Assembly: GCA_965249575.1 (NCBI GenBank)
Contig: OZ252244.1
Span: forward strand, 2,656,001-2,720,000
Source of the DNA: Gemmatimonadales bacterium
Lineage (GTDB): Bacteria; Gemmatimonadota; Gemmatimonadetes; Gemmatimonadales; GWC2-71-9
DNA: 64,000 nt
Reading direction: 5' to 3'
Shown: one piece after another, positions 1 to 12,059 of the stretch
How the letters are laid out: every line of letters begins with the position of its first letter
Numbering within the stretch: position 1 is the first letter of the stretch
The notes under the pieces: generated by a model
Database searches by the model: none
What the model saw: only the letters and a program-made list of their open reading frames with translations
Told to the model about the DNA's origin: nothing
Position numbers and translations under genes: made by a program

Positions 1-2
1 TG

Positions 3-1052
3 TCACCGCACAATCACCGACGCCATGCGTTGGGGGTAGGTGCCGACCTGGATCCGCTTCACTTCTACTCTCCGGGCGACATCGATGACGGACAGATCGT
101 CGGACTTTCGGTTCGACACGTAACAGTACCGTCCATCGGGACTGAATATGACCCAGTTGGGCTCCGTTCCCACTGGAATGGTACCCAGGAGTTCGAGACC
201 CGGAACGGAATAGACCGCCACAAGGGCGCTGCGCGTCGCGGCGGCAAAAAGGTATCGACCGTTGGGCGAAAGCCCGATCCCGTGGTTCACGGTGTATGGC
301 CAGCGATCGGGCATCGACACCCGCTCGACATCCGGGAGCTCGACACGCCGTACGATCTTGTCACTTTCCAGGTCGACGACGACGAATCCGTGCATACGTG
401 AGAGCTGGACGTACATTCTCGACTCATCCCGTGTGATGGCGAAGGGTCTCACACCCTCGCCCATCGGTATCGTCTTCACGACGTCAAAAGTGGTCGCGTC
501 GAATACGGTGATGTGCTGCTGGTGGATCGTCCCAGCGTAAACGCGTCTCCCATTTGCCGAGATGAACGTTCCGTGCGGCCCGTAACCGACCGGGACCTTG
601 CGAACCACCGACCGGCGACGCGTGTCCAGTACCTCGAGGTGATTCGAAGAGAAGATCGGCACGTACAACAGATTGCCGTCGTTAGAAATGGCGAGATGGT
701 GTGGCTCTCCGCCAACCGGGGCCCGCCAGGAGACGGACTGGGTGGCGGGGTTGATCGCGACGATCTCGCCGGGGACCGGCAGCTCCCCGTCCTCGCTCCG
801 CGCGATCATGCGGCTCAGATACAGGACATCACCACGCTTCGACGCGATGATATCGTCCGGATATCTACCGATTGGGATTCGGCCCGTGACCTCCAACTTC
901 GCGACGTCGATCACCGTGACGTCACCACTCATGGTGTTTTCGACGAACAAGAGCTCCCTCTCCTGAGCGCGTGCCCCTCCGGGGCCCGCGGTCAGTCCGA
1001 GGGCGAAGGCGGCGGATGTGAGGGATGCTGCGCGATTGACGATTTTACGCAT
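3..1052 (-). CDS. Secreted YVTN/YncE-type beta-propeller protein
   Basis: Signal peptide followed by repeated 'IPVG..P...SPDGR.LYV' blades. Confidence 0.85.
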   Translation of the reverse strand: MRKIVNRAASLTSAAFALGLTAGPGGARAQERELLFVENTMSGDVTVIDVAKLEVTGRIPIGRYPDDIIASKRGDVLYLSRMIARSEDGELPVPGEIVAINPATQSVSWRAPVGGEPHHLAISNDGNLLYVPIFSSNHLEVLDTRRRSVVRKVPVGYGPHGTFISANGRRVYAGTIHQQHITVFDATTFDVVKTIPMGEGVRPFAITRDESRMYVQLSRMHGFVVVDLESDKIVRRVELPDVERVSMPDRWPYTVNHGIGLSPNGRYLFAAATRSALVAVYSVPGLELLGTIPVGTEPNWVIFSPDGRYCYVSNRKSDDLSVIDVARRVEVKRIQVGTYPQRMASVIVR

Positions 1053-1118
1053 TGGCGGTATCCAGTTCGGCGAGGGTTAAGGACACGTCGATTCTGCCCC
1101 AGGCTTCCGCGCCGCCGC

Positions 1119-1956
1119 CTAGGCGTTTCGCGAAAGCTGGCGGTATTTGCTCAGGTAGCGGAGGGCTGCCGCCCGTTTGCCTGCGCGCTCGTACAAGCGG
1201 GCCAGGTTGAAGTATGCGTCCGCGAAGTTCGGGTCTGCGGCAATGGCCTGTTCATAGGCGTCGGCGGCTTCGGCTGGGCGGGCTAGATCCTCCAATGCGA
1301 TTCCCAGGTTGAACGCCGCGGTGCCGTGGGTGGGGTTTGCCCCGAGCGCGAACAGATAGTGGGTCTCCGCGTCTCGCACCCGACCGTCGTCGTGCAGAAG
1401 TCGCCCCAGATTCACGTGCGCATCAGTGTAGCACCGGGTTCAGCTCCAGTGCCCGGCGGTAGGCGTCGCTCGCCTCTGCGGGTGCGGACCCCTCCAGCTC
1501 GAATCCCAGTTCGTACCAGTCCTCAGCAGTCAACTCGCCATCGGCACCGCGGGCCGCCGCGGCGCCCCGCCGGGCTCGGGGGGCGACCCTCGGCATCGGG
1601 TTCAACGCGGTGAAATCGAGCTGGAATTGCCCGGACTCGGGATCCCACGTGCGGCCGGCGTCCCGGACCACGATTGCGCTACCAGCTGCCTCGATCTGGA
1701 CCTCGCTCAGTGGGCGGCCGGCCGCTACCTGTCGACGCAGCCTGCTGAGGGCGCGCAGGACGCGGCGGTGCGATAGGTTGGCTCCGGTGAGGTTCTTGGC
1801 GGTTCGGAGGAGCACGAGATCCTGAAAGGAGAAGCGATACCCCCGCCGCCCGCCCCGGTGCGGCGCTAGGCACCCGCTCCGGGCGTACGCTCGAACCTGG
1901 TTCTGTGAGAGTCCGAGCAAATCAGCGACGTGCTGCGTGCTGTACCCCTTCTTCAT
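1119..1956 (-). pseudogene. MerR-type HTH plus TPR protein, split by a frameshift near 1425
   Basis: N-terminal 'YSTQHVADLLGLSQNQVRAY' HTH; the TPR 'AYRRALELNP' continues as 'DAHVNLGRLL' in another frame (ORFs 1423-1956 and 1119-1415). Confidence 0.75.
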
Positions 1957-2047
1957 CCCCCGGTGTCTCGAGCGAGGACGCTTGGAAACTCAAATACATA
2001 TAGAAAGGGATCGTTGAGCTGGTCTGGCCACCGGACGCCGTGGATGG

Positions 2048-2911
2048 TTACGCGCTCCCGGCCTTGCGCTTGGCGCCGCGGGCTTTGGCGGGGCGGTCGG
2101 CCCGTTTTGCAGGTTTCCGCTCGTCCCCGCTATCGGTTGCATCCTTCGCGAGACTGGCCTTGAGCGCCTCCATCAGGTCTATGGTCTGAGTCTTTGGCGC
2201 TTCGGCGGGTTCTTCGGTGATCTCGTGACCCTCGACCTTTCGCTGGATGGTTTCGAGAATCCGCTGGCGCACGTGGTCTTCATAGGCTTCGGGCCGGAAC
2301 GCCTCCGACGACGCCTGCTCGATGAGCTGGACAGCAAGTTTCAACTCGGCGTCCTTGATCTCGGTGTCCCCGATGGGGACCTCAGCAGCCGGCCGGATCT
2401 CGTCTGCGTAGTGCAGCTGCTCCATGACCAGCCGCCCATCCATCGGGCGTACCAAGACGAGGTACTGCTTGCCTCGGGCCGCATACTGACCGAGCGCCGA
2501 GCGCCCGGTCTGATTCATCGCCTCCGCGAGTAGGCTATACGCGCGCTCGCCGCCCTTGTCGGGCCCAAGGTAATAAGCCCGGTCGAAATAGAGCCGTTCG
2601 ATCTGCTCCGCTGGCACGAACTCATTGATATCGATCGACCCGCTGGCCTTCTCCTCCAACGCTTTGAGCTCCTCGGGCGAGAACGTGACGTACTGGCCCT
2701 TGGTGAATTCGTACCCCTTGACCATCTCGTCCCGCTCGACCTTCCGTCCATCCTGTGCACTGACATACTGCTGCTTGAGCCGAGAGCCCGTTTTCTTGTC
2801 CAACTAATTGAAGGAGATGCCGGCCGCGGACTCGCTGGCCGAATAGAGCTTGATTGGGACCGAGACCAGCCCAAAGGAGATCGTTGCGGAGGCGATGGGT
2901 CGAGCAGCCAT
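2048..2911 (-). pseudogene. ku: Ku NHEJ end-binding protein with in-frame TAG at 2804-2806
   Basis: ATG at 2911 gives MAARPIASATISFGLVSVPIKLYSA...ISFN*LDKKTGSRLKQQY, in frame with ORF 2048-2803; C-terminal 'IDLMEALKASL' motif. Confidence 0.9.
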
Positions 2912-3154
2912 GGGGGCGCAATCATAGGCCGTTCGGGCGGTGTTCGCAAGCGCCCCGCGTGGGAACTACGCGGTAAGTGTTTGTGAATGAATAACTTGCG
3001 ACTCAACTCGTTGACCGGTGCCAGACTGCCCCGTGAGACATGGTGGAGTATCGTTTGGGCTGAGCCGTGCTGACAATTGTGCTGCGGGGTCGGTTGTCCA
3101 GGCACCCGTGCGCGCCTTGCGAGCCGGATAGCGTGCGCTATCATGTCGTAACCT

Positions 3155-5694
3155 ATGCCACGTGGTCGTAAACCAGCGCCTGACCCTCTAAGCGACTATC
3201 ACGCAAAGCGTTCGCTCGAGGTCACTCCCGAGCCCGCCGGCGTCGTCTCGGCGGCGCCCGGACACCTGTTCATCGTGCACAAGCATGCCGCCCGGCGCCT
3301 CCACTGGGATCTCCGGCTGGAGCTGGACGGCGTGCTCATGTCGTGGGCGGTGCCGAAGGGCCCGTCGCGAGATCCCCAGGACAAACGATTGGCGGTGAAG
3401 GTCGAGGACCATCCGCTCGAGTACGGGGACTTCGAGGGCTTGATCCCCGAGGGGAATTATGGGGCGGGGGCCGTGATCGTGTGGGACCGCGGGACGTGGG
3501 TTCCGGTGGAGGATCCGGTCGAAGGGCTCCAGAAAGGCAAGCTCCTGTTCGAGCTGAATGGGTACAAGCTGCGCGGGAAGTGGACCCTGGTGAAGATCAA
3601 GCGGGTGAAAAGGAGTGGCTCCTCATCAAGGAGCGCGACGAGGCGGTCTCCACCAACGGCGGGACCTTTCCTGAGGGCTCGGTCCTCTCCGGTCTCACGG
3701 TGGAGGATCTCAAGGAAAAGAGGGATCTGGCCGGGCCGCTCAGGGACGAGCTCGAGTCCCTTGGTGCACCGGAGCGCTCGGTGCCGGTCGGAGGAATTGG
3801 CCTCATGCTGGCGGAAACGCGCGAACGGCCCTTCTCAGACCCGAAGTGGGTCTTCGAGCTCAAACTCGACGGCTACCGGCTCCTTGCTGCCCGGGAGGGT
3901 GGGAACGCGCGGCTCGTCAGTCGGAATGGCAATGACTTCACTCCGGTCTTCCCCGAGATTGCGCGTGCCGTGGCCGCATTGCCGTTCGACGGTCTCATTG
4001 TTGACGGGGAGGTTGTCGTCCTGGACGAGGATGGCCGCCCGAGTTTTCAACGGCTCCAGCAGCGTGGGCGCCTGAGCCGGCCCGCGGAAATCAAGCGCGC
4101 GGCCGTCGAACACCAGGCTACGCTCTATCTCTTCGACCTTCTGGCGCTCGAGGGCTACGATCTGCGCGCTCTGCCGCTCGTCAAACGCAAGGCGGTGCTT
4201 GAGCGGATCCTACCGGCCACCGGGCCGCTGCGATATTCGGAACACTTCGAGGAAAGGGGAGAGGACCTGTTCGACCACGTCGAGCGTATGCAGCTCGAGG
4301 GAATCGTCGCCAAGAAGGCCGACTCGAAGTACCGGGCGGGGCGGTCGCCATCGTGGCTCAAAATCCGCTCGGACCGCACCGACGATTTCGTAGTCGTTGG
4401 GTTCACGCGCCCCAGAGAGTCACGCACCGGGTTCGGCGCTCTCCATCTCGCCACGCACATCAGCGGGGAGCTCCGGTACGCCGGCCGGGCCGGGAGCGGC
4501 TTTGACACGCGGCAGCTCTCGGACATTGCGGAGGTGCTCGAAAGCGAGCGGCGTCCCGACCCTCCCTGCACCGGCGCCGTTCCGAAGGGGTCAAGTCACG
4601 TCTGGGTAGAGCCACGACTGGTCTGTGAGGTGAGATATAAGGAATGGACCAGCGATCATTTCCTGCGGCATCCCGTGTTCATCCGGTTTCGGGACGACAA
4701 GGCGCCGGAAGAATGCATCGCACACTCCGAGGCAAGCGCGGAGCCGGCGGCCAGACCGGGAGGCGAAGGCCCGCAGCCGGTGGTGGCTCCGCCTGCTGCC
4801 GTCCAATCCCGAGAAGTTCGGTTTACCAATCAGGACAAGGTTTTTTGGCCAAAGGAGGGGTACACGAAGGGTGATCTCATCGCGTATTACCGGGCGGTAG
4901 GTCCCTGGTTGCTCGAGTACCTACGGGAGCGGCCACTCGTGCTGACGAGGTTTCCCGACGGAATCGATGGAAAGTCGTCCTTTCAAAAGGATGCGCCGGG
5001 CTTTGCGCCGGAGTGGGTCAGGACGGAGCGAATGTGGAGCGCGCAGTCGCAGCGGGAGCTCGATTATTTCGTCTGTGACAATCTGGAATCGCTACTCTAT
5101 ATCATCAATCTCGGCTCGATCCCGCTTCACATCTGGGCCAGCCGCATCGCAACCCTCGAGTATCCGGACTGGTCGATTCTGGATTTGGATCCGAAGGGGG
5201 CGCCCTTTACCGACGTCGTGACGGTGGCACGGGCGATCCACGCGCTCTGTCGAGAGATCGAGCTCCCCTGTCACGTCAAGACCAGCGGATCGTCGGGGCT
5301 CCACGTGATGATTCCCCTCGGCCGCCAGTGCACCTACGACCAATCCCGAACGCTCGCGGGGCTGCTCGGCAGGGTGGTAGCGGCTGAGCTCCCGGAGATC
5401 GCCACGATGACCCGGGCGGTTTCCAGGCGAGACGGGCGGGTCTACATCGACCATATCCAAAATGGGCATGGCCGTCTCCTGGTTGCGCCCTTCAGCGCGA
5501 GGCCGGTCCCCGGGGCGTCGGTCTCCACGCCGCTCCACTGGCGCGAGGTCACCCCCAAGCTGGACATCCACCGCTACACCATCCGCAACGTTCCCACGCG
5601 AATGCGAAGAATGAAAGACGATCCGCTGCTGCCGGTGATGGACCTCCGCCCGGACCTGGCGGGCGCGCTGGAGCGTCTCCACGACCGGCTTTGA
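3155..5694 (+). pseudogene. ligD: ATP-dependent DNA ligase D (phosphoesterase-ligase-polymerase), frameshift near 3602
   Basis: 'HKHAARRLHWDLRLE' phosphoesterase domain in ORF 3155; 'ELKLDGYR', 'EGIVAK' and 'LDLDP...KTSGSSGLHV' in ORF 3343; frames switch at AAG CGG GTG AAA (KR-GEKEW). Confidence 0.9.
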
Positions 5695-5726
5695 TGGGAG
5701 CGCGGCCGGCTCGCGGAACGCCGCCG

Positions 5727-6248
5727 TCAAGTCGGCTCGCTTCGCTCGCGCACCTGTTCGGACGTCAGCCCGTACAGCGGAGGGGTGGCAACCTCGAGCA
5801 TTCCCAGCATGAGATAGATCTGCCCTCGATGGTGGATCTCGTGCTCGACCATGGCGCGGAGCCATTTCCAAACGGGTAGCGTCGCCCCACCCGGCGTCAC
5901 GCAGCGGCGCCGCAGGTCGTCGTCGCTCAACTCCCCGAAGATCTCCACCGATTCGCCGTGCAGGCGGGCGAAGTACCCCCGGACTGCGTCGTAGCCGTCG
6001 GCCAACTCGCGGCCGTGTCCCGGATACCGGCTCGGCCCTCCCGAGACGTTTTCCGCGAACATGTAGCGCTCGGTGGCCGCCAGATGCCGGATGAGGTCCG
6101 CGAATGTGAATTTCCCCGCCCGATGCGTCCAGTCGATTCGCGCCGGTGGGATCGCGTCGACCACGAGCTGTGTTCGGTGTCGAATCCGTTCGAGGTACGA
6201 CAGGAACGCTTGAATTGTTGTAATTTCCACGCCGATTCTCCGTTTCAC
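5727..6248 (-). CDS. DinB family protein
   Basis: 'DLIRHLA' and 'HEIHHRGQ' metal-binding motifs. Confidence 0.85.
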   Translation of the reverse strand: MKRRIGVEITTIQAFLSYLERIRHRTQLVVDAIPPARIDWTHRAGKFTFADLIRHLAATERYMFAENVSGGPSRYPGHGRELADGYDAVRGYFARLHGESVEIFGELSDDDLRRRCVTPGGATLPVWKWLRAMVEHEIHHRGQIYLMLGMLEVATPPLYGLTSEQVRERSEPT

Positions 6249-6292
6249 GGGAGGCGCGTGGCGACTCCTGGCCGCGACGCTCAGCTTAATCT

Positions 6293-6988
6293 ATGGCTCC
6301 TCGACGTAGTACAAGAAACCTCACCTTCGAGGTGGCGGAGGGAACGCTCCGATGGGGGCAGGTGTCGGCCACGCTGGTCCGGCCGCCGAAGGCCTCAGTC
6401 GCGTATGTCTTGGGACACGGCGCGGGCGCGGGCATGCGGCACCGATTCATGGAATCGATTGCCGATGCCCTGGCGGCAGAAGGAGTCGCCACCTTCCGAT
6501 ATCAGTTCCCCTACGTGGAAGCGGGGCGCCGGAGTCCCGATCGCCCTGCCGTGCTCCAAGCCACGGTGCGGACCGCCGTCGACGTGGCTCGAGATGCCGT
6601 GCCGGACCTTCCGCTCGTGGCGGGCGGGAAGTCCCTCGGCGGGCGCATGACCTCCAGCGCGGCCGCCAAGAGTACGGGTTTGCCCGTTGAAGGGCCCGTT
6701 TTTCTCGGCTTTCCCCTCCACGCACCCAACAAGCCGGGAGATCAGCGGGCCGAGCACCTCGGCGACGTTCGGGTGCCGATGTTGTTTCTACAGGGAACGC
6801 GCGACGCACTGGCGGATCTCGGGCTCATGAAGAACGTTTGCCGCCGTCTGGGTGAGCGGGCCACTCTGGTTGTGGTGGAAGACGCTGGCCACTCATTCAA
6901 CGTGCCGAAGCGCTCCGGCCGATCCCACGACGAGATCATGGGAGATCTGGCGCAATCGGTCGCCGAGTGGGCGACGAGGGTCACCTGA
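6293..6988 (+). CDS. Alpha/beta hydrolase
   Basis: 'HGAGAGM', 'GGKSLGGR' nucleophile elbow, 'QGTRD', 'GHSF'. Confidence 0.85.
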   Translation: MAPRRSTRNLTFEVAEGTLRWGQVSATLVRPPKASVAYVLGHGAGAGMRHRFMESIADALAAEGVATFRYQFPYVEAGRRSPDRPAVLQATVRTAVDVARDAVPDLPLVAGGKSLGGRMTSSAAAKSTGLPVEGPVFLGFPLHAPNKPGDQRAEHLGDVRVPMLFLQGTRDALADLGLMKNVCRRLGERATLVVVEDAGHSFNVPKRSGRSHDEIMGDLAQSVAEWATRVT

Positions 6989-7074
6989 TACCGACGCCGC
7001 ATTGGCGGGGAGCGCTTCGATTCTCCAATGCGCTCCGCGTCTCCGATCACCGACTTCGAGGTCTGTAAACGCGA

Positions 7075-8910
7075 ATGGCATACCAACCGATCGAGAACTA
7101 CGGAATCGTCGGGAACATGCATACGGTCGCTTTGATCGGCATGGACGGGTCGGTCGACTGGATGTGTTGGCCGCACTTCGATTCCCCCGCGATCTTCGCG
7201 GCAATCCTGGATGACAAGAAGGGTGGGCGTTTTCAGGTAGCTCCCGTTCACGACGGTGTGAAGCTCAAGCAGTTCTACTGGCCTGACACCAACGTCCTCG
7301 TGACGAGGTTTCTGTCCCACGACGGCGTCGGGCAGGTCATCGATTACATGCCGGTCGGCCTTGCCACGGAGGAACGTGGACATAACTGGCTGATCCGCCG
7401 CGTGCAGGTAGTCCGCGGGACCATGGCGTTTCGCGTCGTATGCCAGCCTGCGTTCAACTTCGCTCGAGACTCGCATGAAGTCGCCCGCCTCGCCCACGGA
7501 GTGCGCTTCGATTCCGAGAAAATGTCGCTTGCTCTGCTCACCGGTCTCCAGATGGATCTGCGGCACGGCGGAGTAGCAGCCGAGTTCACGCTGCAGCAAG
7601 GGGAAGAGATCGAGTTCGCGATTCGGGAAGTCTCCCCCGGAGCCGAATGCGACGAGCCGCTCTCGCCCGAAGAGGGGTTCGCACTATTCCGGCGCACAGT
7701 CGAGTACTGGCGGGGGTGGTTGTCGAAGGGCACGTACACGGGACGGTGGCGAGAGACGGTGTATCGATCCGCCCTCGCGCTCAAACTCCTCACGTACCGG
7801 CCTACAGGGGCGATCGTCGCGGCTCCGACCTGCAGTCTCCCCGAGGGTATCGGAGGAGAACGAAACTGGGACTATCGCTATACGTGGATCCGGGACGCCG
7901 CCTTCACGCTGTACGGGCTCCTCAGAATCGGATTCACCGACGAGGCCGCGGCGTTCATGGGATGGCTCGAGGCCCGCGGACAAGAGCTCAATCCGGACGG
8001 CTCGCTCCAGATCATGTACGGAATCGATGGGCGGCACGAGTTGACGGAGGAAACACTCGACCACCTGGACGGCTACATGGGCTCGCGTCCGGTGCGGGTG
8101 GGTAACGGCGCCTACGGCCAGTTGCAGCTGGACATTTACGGCGAATTGTTGGACGCGGTGTATCTGTACAACAAATACGGCAGCCCGATCTCGTACGACC
8201 TCTGGCGGAGTCTCAGGCGTATGATCGATTGGGTGTGCGACAACTGGCAGCGGAAGGACGAGGGCGTTTGGGAGGTGCGTGGTGGGCGGCAGCATTTTGT
8301 TTATTCCAAGCTCATGTGTTGGGTTGCGGTGGATCGTGGCATCAGGCTGGCGGACAAACGCTCGTTCCCAGCCGATCGGAACCGTTGGCTAAAGGTCCGG
8401 GACGCCATTCTTGAGGAAATCATGACCAAGGGATGGAACACGAAGCGGCACGCCTTTGTGCAGTCCTTCGGCAGCGATGCGCTCGATGCGGCAAATCTCA
8501 TGATGCCGCTCGTTTTCTTCCTGTCTCCAAGCGACCCCAGGATGCTCAAAACGCTGGACGCCATTTGCGAGCCGCCCGAGCGGGGGGGCTTACTCTCGAA
8601 CAGTCTGGTATACCGCTACAACGTCGATCACACGGCGGACGGTCTCACTGGCGACGAAGGGACGTTCAACATTTGTACGTTCTGGCTTGTTGAAGCGCTG
8701 ACCCGCGCCGGTCGCGTCGACCGGCAGCGGCTCAACCAGGCCCGACTCATGTTCGAGGAGATGCTCGGACACGCCAACCACCTCCGCCTCTATGCCGAAG
8801 AGACGGGCACCAGTGGAGAGGCGCTCGGGAACTTTCCGCAGGCGTTTACTCACCTCGCCCTGATCAGTGCTGCCTACAACCTCGACAGGGCGTTGGGAGG
8901 ACGACCTTGA
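7075..8910 (+). CDS. Glycoside hydrolase family 15 (glucoamylase/trehalase-like)
   Basis: '[26 protein letters not shown]', 'DEGVWEVRG', '[10 protein letters not shown]'. Confidence 0.92.
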   Translation: MAYQPIENYGIVGNMHTVALIGMDGSVDWMCWPHFDSPAIFAAILDDKKGGRFQVAPVHDGVKLKQFYWPDTNVLVTRFLSHDGVGQVIDYMPVGLATEERGHNWLIRRVQVVRGTMAFRVVCQPAFNFARDSHEVARLAHGVRFDSEKMSLALLTGLQMDLRHGGVAAEFTLQQGEEIEFAIREVSPGAECDEPLSPEEGFALFRRTVEYWRGWLSKGTYTGRWRETVYRSALALKLLTYRPTGAIVAAPTCSLPEGIGGERNWDYRYTWIRDAAFTLYGLLRIGFTDEAAAFMGWLEARGQELNPDGSLQIMYGIDGRHELTEETLDHLDGYMGSRPVRVGNGAYGQLQLDIYGELLDAVYLYNKYGSPISYDLWRSLRRMIDWVCDNWQRKDEGVWEVRGGRQHFVYSKLMCWVAVDRGIRLADKRSFPADRNRWLKVRDAILEEIMTKGWNTKRHAFVQSFGSDALDAANLMMPLVFFLSPSDPRMLKTLDAICEPPERGGLLSNSLVYRYNVDHTADGLTGDEGTFNICTFWLVEALTRAGRVDRQRLNQARLMFEEMLGHANHLRLYAEETGTSGEALGNFPQAFTHLALISAAYNLDRALGGRP

Positions 8911-10034
8911 CCGCGGCGTCTGAGGCCGTTCGCACGGAGATCGATGAAAAGTTAGCCCGCCTCGCGGAGTTTCTGGACAAGCACGGTCTCGATGGTGTGC
9001 TACTACAGGAACGGCAGAACTTCGCTTGGGCCACCGCGGGTGGTGACAATCACATTCCGAACAACACGCCTCTCGGCGTCGCGAGCATCCTGGCGACGCG
9101 AGACGGTCTGATGTGCTTCGCCAACGAGATCGAGGCTCCACGAATGGCCTCGGAAGAGGCGGGGCCCCGCGACATCGGGGTTGTGAGCTTCCCGTGGTGG
9201 GATGCCGACGCCGCTCGGCGAGCGCAGGGTGAGGTCATCGCGGGACGTACCGTCGCGGCGGACACCGACGGCTACGGACTGGGGCTGCCACCGCTGCCGG
9301 GCGATTTCGCGGAGCTCAGGTGGTCCCTCACTCCGGGTGAGCTCGCCCGGTATCGGGACGGTGGAGCGCGCATGTCGCGAGCCGTGGAGGAGGCATGCCG
9401 CGACATCAAGCCAGGAATGTCCGAGCACGAAGTGGCCGGCTTGCTGGATGGGCACGTCCATCGGGCCGGATGCAACCCGGTGGTGACCCTAGTCGCGGCT
9501 GACGAGCGGGCGCACAGGTATCGACACCCGATCCCGACCGGGCGGCCAGTCGAGGAATATGTCATGCTCGTCACCTGCGGTGAGTTCAAGGGGCTGATTT
9601 CGTGTCTGACCCGGTTTGTCAGTTTCGAGCCGCTGTCTGAAGACCTTCGAGCGCGGCACCAGGCAGTGTGCAATGTCGAAACTGCGGCCTTGTTCGCTAC
9701 CCGACCTGGGCGCACGCTCGGCCACGTGTTCGGCCAGTTGCAGGAGGCCTACGCGGCGAGCGGCCACGACGGAGAGTGGCGGCTTCATCACCAGGGTGGG
9801 TCAACCGGATATCTCGGACGTGAGGTGATCGCGAAGCCCGACAGCAGCGCGGTCGTCCGCGAGAACCAAGCGTTTGCCTGGAATCCGTCCATTACGGGCG
9901 TGAAGAGTGAGGATACCGTGGTGTGTAACGCCGCGGGCATCGAGGTCATCACGGCTGCGTCGGGTTCCTGGCCGAGCGTCGAGGGACACTATGCTGGCGA
10001 GGCCATCGAGCGGCCGGGGATTCTGGTCAGGTGA
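8907..10034 (+). CDS. M24 family (Xaa-Pro) metallopeptidase-like protein
   Basis: 'RYRHP', 'HHQGGSTGY', '[14 protein letters not shown]'. Confidence 0.8.
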   Translation: MTAASEAVRTEIDEKLARLAEFLDKHGLDGVLLQERQNFAWATAGGDNHIPNNTPLGVASILATRDGLMCFANEIEAPRMASEEAGPRDIGVVSFPWWDADAARRAQGEVIAGRTVAADTDGYGLGLPPLPGDFAELRWSLTPGELARYRDGGARMSRAVEEACRDIKPGMSEHEVAGLLDGHVHRAGCNPVVTLVAADERAHRYRHPIPTGRPVEEYVMLVTCGEFKGLISCLTRFVSFEPLSEDLRARHQAVCNVETAALFATRPGRTLGHVFGQLQEAYAASGHDGEWRLHHQGGSTGYLGREVIAKPDSSAVVRENQAFAWNPSITGVKSEDTVVCNAAGIEVITAASGSWPSVEGHYAGEAIERPGILVR

Positions 10035-10104
10035 GGCTGGTCGCGTGCCGTCGGCCGAGCGCTCGCACGCAGGCGTGCAGTGCGAGACACGTGGGAGAAC
10101 AGTA

Positions 10105-10476
10105 ATGAACTACTGGATCCTCAAGACCGAGCCGAGCTCATACAGCTACGACCAATTGGAGCGCGACAAGAAGACCGTGTGGGATGGGGTACGGAACAAC
10201 CTCGCCCTCAAGCACCTCAAGGCCATGCGGAAGGGCGATCGGGCGCTGATCTACCACACCGGCAAAGAGAAAGCGGCGGTCGGGCTTGCGGATGTCGTAT
10301 CGGTGCCCTACACCGACCCGGCCGATCCCGCTCTCGTCGTCGTCGACATCAGCGCATCCGGCCGCCTTCCTCGACCGGTAACCCTCAAGGAGATCAAAGC
10401 GGAGCGGGCATTTGCCGACATGCCGCTGGTGCGAATGTCACGGCTGTCCGTCGGGCCTGCTACCGCCACTCACTGA
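10105..10476 (+). CDS. EVE domain protein, C-terminus apparently clipped
   Basis: 'YWILKTEP..YSY', 'WDGVRNNLA...MRKGD.ALIYHTG', 'SRLSV'. Confidence 0.85.
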   Translation: MNYWILKTEPSSYSYDQLERDKKTVWDGVRNNLALKHLKAMRKGDRALIYHTGKEKAAVGLADVVSVPYTDPADPALVVVDISASGRLPRPVTLKEIKAERAFADMPLVRMSRLSVGPATATH

Positions 10477-10939
10477 CCTCATCATCGAACCACGTCCGGT
10501 GACGAAACTCGAACGCCGCTCTCCATCGTCGAGGGAGAGCGGCGATGAACTCGCGCAGGCGCTGCACGTCCTTCTTCATGTTCGGCGGAAGTTGGAACAG
10601 GGTCGGTCCCAACCTGTTCCCGAGCACCGAGGCCGTCTTGAGGAAGTAGGACAGCTCTTCGTCGGCTCCCTTCAGCCTCTTGTGGTGCGTAATGCGCTGC
10701 GATGCTTTGAGCACGAAGACAAAGGGTCCGTTGACTGCTTCGGCCCACGCGAGGAGCACCTTCTCCGAGGGCATGCGATAGAACGTGTTGTTGATCTCGA
10801 CGGTCTCGAAGTGCTCAGCGTAGAATCGGAGCATTTGGTTCGCGGGGAACTTTTCGGGATAGAAGGTGCCTTTCCACTCCTTGTAGGCATACCCGCTCGT
10901 GCCGACCAGAACCCGCGGCCGGCTGCGTCGCTCAGTCAT
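10460..10939 (-). pseudogene. DUF72 family protein, truncated after 'FEFRHRTWFDDEV'
   Basis: 'VGTSGYAYKEWKGTFYP', 'VEINNTFY', 'LFQLPP'; the C-terminal part typical of the family is absent. Confidence 0.75.
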
Positions 10940-11333
10940 CCTCAGTTCGTTCGAGCGCGACGGAATTGATGCAGTATCGCAGATTCGTCGGCTGGGGGCC
11001 GTCGTTGAAGACGTGGCCGAGGTGGGCGTCGCACGTGGCGCACAGCACCTCGGTGCGCTTCATGAAGAGGGAGTTGTCGTCGGTCTCGCGAACGCTGTCG
11101 GGCGCGATGGGCTCCCAGAAGCTCGGCCAACCCGTCCCGGATTCGTACTTCGCCTTCGATCTGAACAGCTTGTTGCCGCAGCAGACGCACTGATAGATCC
11201 CGGGTTCCTTGGACTGGCAGTACTGCCCCGAAAAACGGCGCTCGGTACCGCTCTCGCGGCATACGTGATACTGCTCCGGGGTGAGCTGCTCCCGCCATTC
11301 CGCGTCGGTCTTCGTGACCTTGGTCTTCGGCAT
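10932..11333 (-). CDS. msrB: Peptide-methionine (R)-S-oxide reductase
   Basis: 'GTER.F', 'SGTGWPSF', '[10 protein letters not shown]', 'RYCINS'. Confidence 0.95.
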   Translation of the reverse strand: MPKTKVTKTDAEWREQLTPEQYHVCRESGTERRFSGQYCQSKEPGIYQCVCCGNKLFRSKAKYESGTGWPSFWEPIAPDSVRETDDNSLFMKRTEVLCATCDAHLGHVFNDGPQPTNLRYCINSVALERTEDD

Positions 11334-11756
11334 GGATGACTCCTCGACCGCAGTGGGTATCCGCACTCCTCCGGCGTCTTAAGATATCGCCGACGCGTCC
11401 AGATCGCCCCTCCCGATACTCGGTTCAGGGTGATTTCTGGCCGTTCAAACGGCCGGAACCCCCGTTGTGGAGGGGGGCGTCCCCATGCTCGATGTTGCCT
11501 TGCCCTTTGGGACCCCGTGTGCCATACTTGTCCGCCGGAAACCGCCAGGACGGCTTGTAAGCAGGGAGTCGATGAACCCCGCACGATATGCTCGAGAGCC
11601 CAGTAGCATTTCCCCAAGCGATTTCTCCATCCCAACACCGAGCTAGCGCCGGAGGTTTGGTGAGCATCCGGCTTTCCTCGGCGGCGCCGGAGGACCCCCC
11701 AGTCGGGGGGGCGCGCAGGACCGCCCGCCAGTAACACTCAGTCAGGAGTCAGGCAG

Positions 11757-11966
11757 ATGGCACGCATCACCGGTACCGTGAAGTGGTTCAACGACGCCAA
11801 AGGGTTCGGCTTCATCACGCCCGAAAACGGAGACAAGGACTGCTTCGTACATCACACGGCAATCACCGAAGAGGGATTCCGTACGCTGTCTGAAGGACAG
11901 CGCGTGGAGTTTGATGTCGTTGTGGGCGAAAAGGGGCCAGCTGCTCAGAATGTGGTGAAGCTCTAA
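11757..11966 (+). CDS. Cold-shock protein (CspA family)
   Basis: '[15 protein letters not shown]', 'DCFVHH', 'KGPAAQNV'; AGGAG upstream. Confidence 0.95.
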   Translation: MARITGTVKWFNDAKGFGFITPENGDKDCFVHHTAITEEGFRTLSEGQRVEFDVVVGEKGPAAQNVVKL

Positions 11967-11990
11967 GCGTCGGCGGTACCCGGGTGGCTC

Positions 11991-12023
11991 GCGCGTGGCG
12001 CCACGAGGTATGGCGCCGCGCGT
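11991..12023. terminator. GC-rich hairpin between convergent genes
   Basis: gcgcgtggcgcca-cgaggta-tggcgccgcgcgt inverted repeat; no U-tract. Confidence 0.4.
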
Positions 12024-12059
12024 GTGTAGGGCATAGCGGGCGGGGCCGCGGGCTCCGTT

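Noticed and set aside
11340..11756. Riboswitch or cspA thermosensor RNA upstream of the cold-shock gene
   Set aside because: A long leader is plausible, but I cannot match a specific RNA family by eye; it needs an Rfam/Infernal search.
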